Source of the DNA: Verrucomicrobiota bacterium | GTDB lineage: Bacteria > Verrucomicrobiota > Verrucomicrobiia > Limisphaerales > UBA11358 | DNA: 64,000 nt | Assembly (NCBI GenBank): GCA_049510295.1 | Contig: JBEKZC010000016.1 | Coordinates: 1,316 to 65,315 of the forward strand | Reading direction: 5' to 3' | Part shown: positions 63,674 through 64,000 of the stretch, one piece after another | How the letters are laid out: each line of letters starts with the position of its first letter | How positions within the stretch are numbered: the first letter of the stretch is position 1 | Notes under the pieces: generated by a model | What the model saw: the letters and a program-made list of their open reading frames with translations, nothing else | The model's database searches: none | What the model was told of the DNA's origin: nothing | Made by a program: the position numbers and the translations under genes

Positions 63674-64000
63674 GGCTTTTGCAACGCCCGCAGCAAGGCC
63701 ACTGCCAGTTCAACCTGTTTGAGGTCGCCAATCTCCACACGGGCGCCGCCGGGCAGGTGCAATACCAAGAACGAGGCGCTCGCTTTGGCCACCGAACCGG
63801 GCGCCCCTTCCACCACGGCTTCCAGCCAGCGTATCTTGTCGGTTGTCCTGGCTGGAACTTTCGCTATGGGATAAGCACCGCGCTGTCGCCGTCGCTTTTG
63901 CGCCCAGGTCGCAAACGTCGGATACTTGATCCCGACCAACGCCGCGAACTTTTGCCCGCTCAATCCGCTCCGCTCAAACTCGTCCAGCAAATGCTCCCGC
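63667..64000 (-). CDS. IS66 Orf1 (TnpA), N-terminus outside the window
   Basis: 'LDEFERSGLSGQKFAALVGIKYPTFATWAQK'. The frame stays open to the window edge. Confidence 0.75.
   Translation of the reverse strand, partial: REHLLDEFERSGLSGQKFAALVGIKYPTFATWAQKRRRQRGAYPIAKVPARTTDKIRWLEAVVEGAPGSVAKASASFLVLHLPGGARVEIGDLKQVELAVALLRALQKPC

Larger units (their letters stand above)
61651..64000 (-). mobile_element. IS66-family insertion sequence (right part runs off the window)
   Basis: The terminal sequence 'tgtaagcgtcacgcggagc' at 61651 matches the GTAAGCG-type IS66 inverted repeat. The tnpA-tnpB-tnpC organisation is present. Confidence 0.8.

Overview
This is a 64-kb window of a moderately GC-rich bacterial chromosome. 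By eye GC is about 55-60%, with sharply AT-richer patches at 25.4-25.6, 40.45-40.7, 41.15-41.3, 51.8-52.5 and 59-61.5 kb. Gene content (a PEP-CTERM protein, an ExbB-ExbD-TonB-ExbD layout, a family 2A encapsulin) suggests a PVC-group or Verrucomicrobia-like organism, but that is inference only. All family calls come from motifs I recognise in the translations; no database search was run. The layout has five parts. (1) 1-8.9 kb is the right end of an integrative element. It holds a truncated unknown ORF, an XRE regulator, a TnpV-like protein, a fused N6-adenine methylase/SNF2 helicase of about 1,600 aa, a Xis-like HTH protein, a tyrosine integrase and an att-like region. (2) 8.9-41.2 kb is an almost entirely minus-strand sulfur-assimilation block. 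It holds a NIL protein, a cysteine-synthase gene fragment, metX-metW, metY, cysK, a beta-barrel protein, an oxidoreductase, rhodanese-DUF2892, a cysteine desulfurase with a family 2A encapsulin, glutaredoxin, a second cysteine-synthase/CBS-family enzyme, ferredoxin-type sulfite reductase and cysE. These are followed by ExbD-TonB-ExbD-ExbB, a TpsA/TpsB two-partner secretion pair with two secreted proteins, an M14 peptidase, Sbp, an OprO/P-type porin, a YezD-like protein and an Rrf2 regulator. (3) 41.4-57.5 kb is an integrative mobilisable element. It holds a DUF1016 nuclease, a three-gene operon of TraK/L/M-like layout next to a repeat-dense oriT-like region, a complete Wadjet JetABCD operon, a MobF/TrwC relaxase-helicase, a second Xis-like protein and a second paralogous integrase with an att-like site. 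(4) 57.5-61.6 kb holds a third Xis-like gene and a low-GC cassette of unknown genes, including a PEP-CTERM protein. (5) 61.65-64 kb is an IS66-family element that runs off the window. I found no rRNA gene, intact tRNA gene or CRISPR array. The signals not explained by ordinary gene calls are as follows. A 19-20 nt motif (CYGACCGG-N3-4-ACYGGARG) recurs seven times in the leaders or intercistronic gaps of the minus-strand core operons. Three of those copies are followed, exactly 5 nt later, by short uORFs that share Lys at codon 4 and the only Cys at codon 8; all three precede cysteine or sulfur genes. An AT-rich palindrome (RCGAY-N7-GTCRT) recurs in the sulfur-operon promoters, including the one upstream of the Rrf2 gene. 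An identical 22-nt sequence resembling a tRNA 3' end sits next to both integrases, flanked by 12-bp-phased CTGGCAC repeats.
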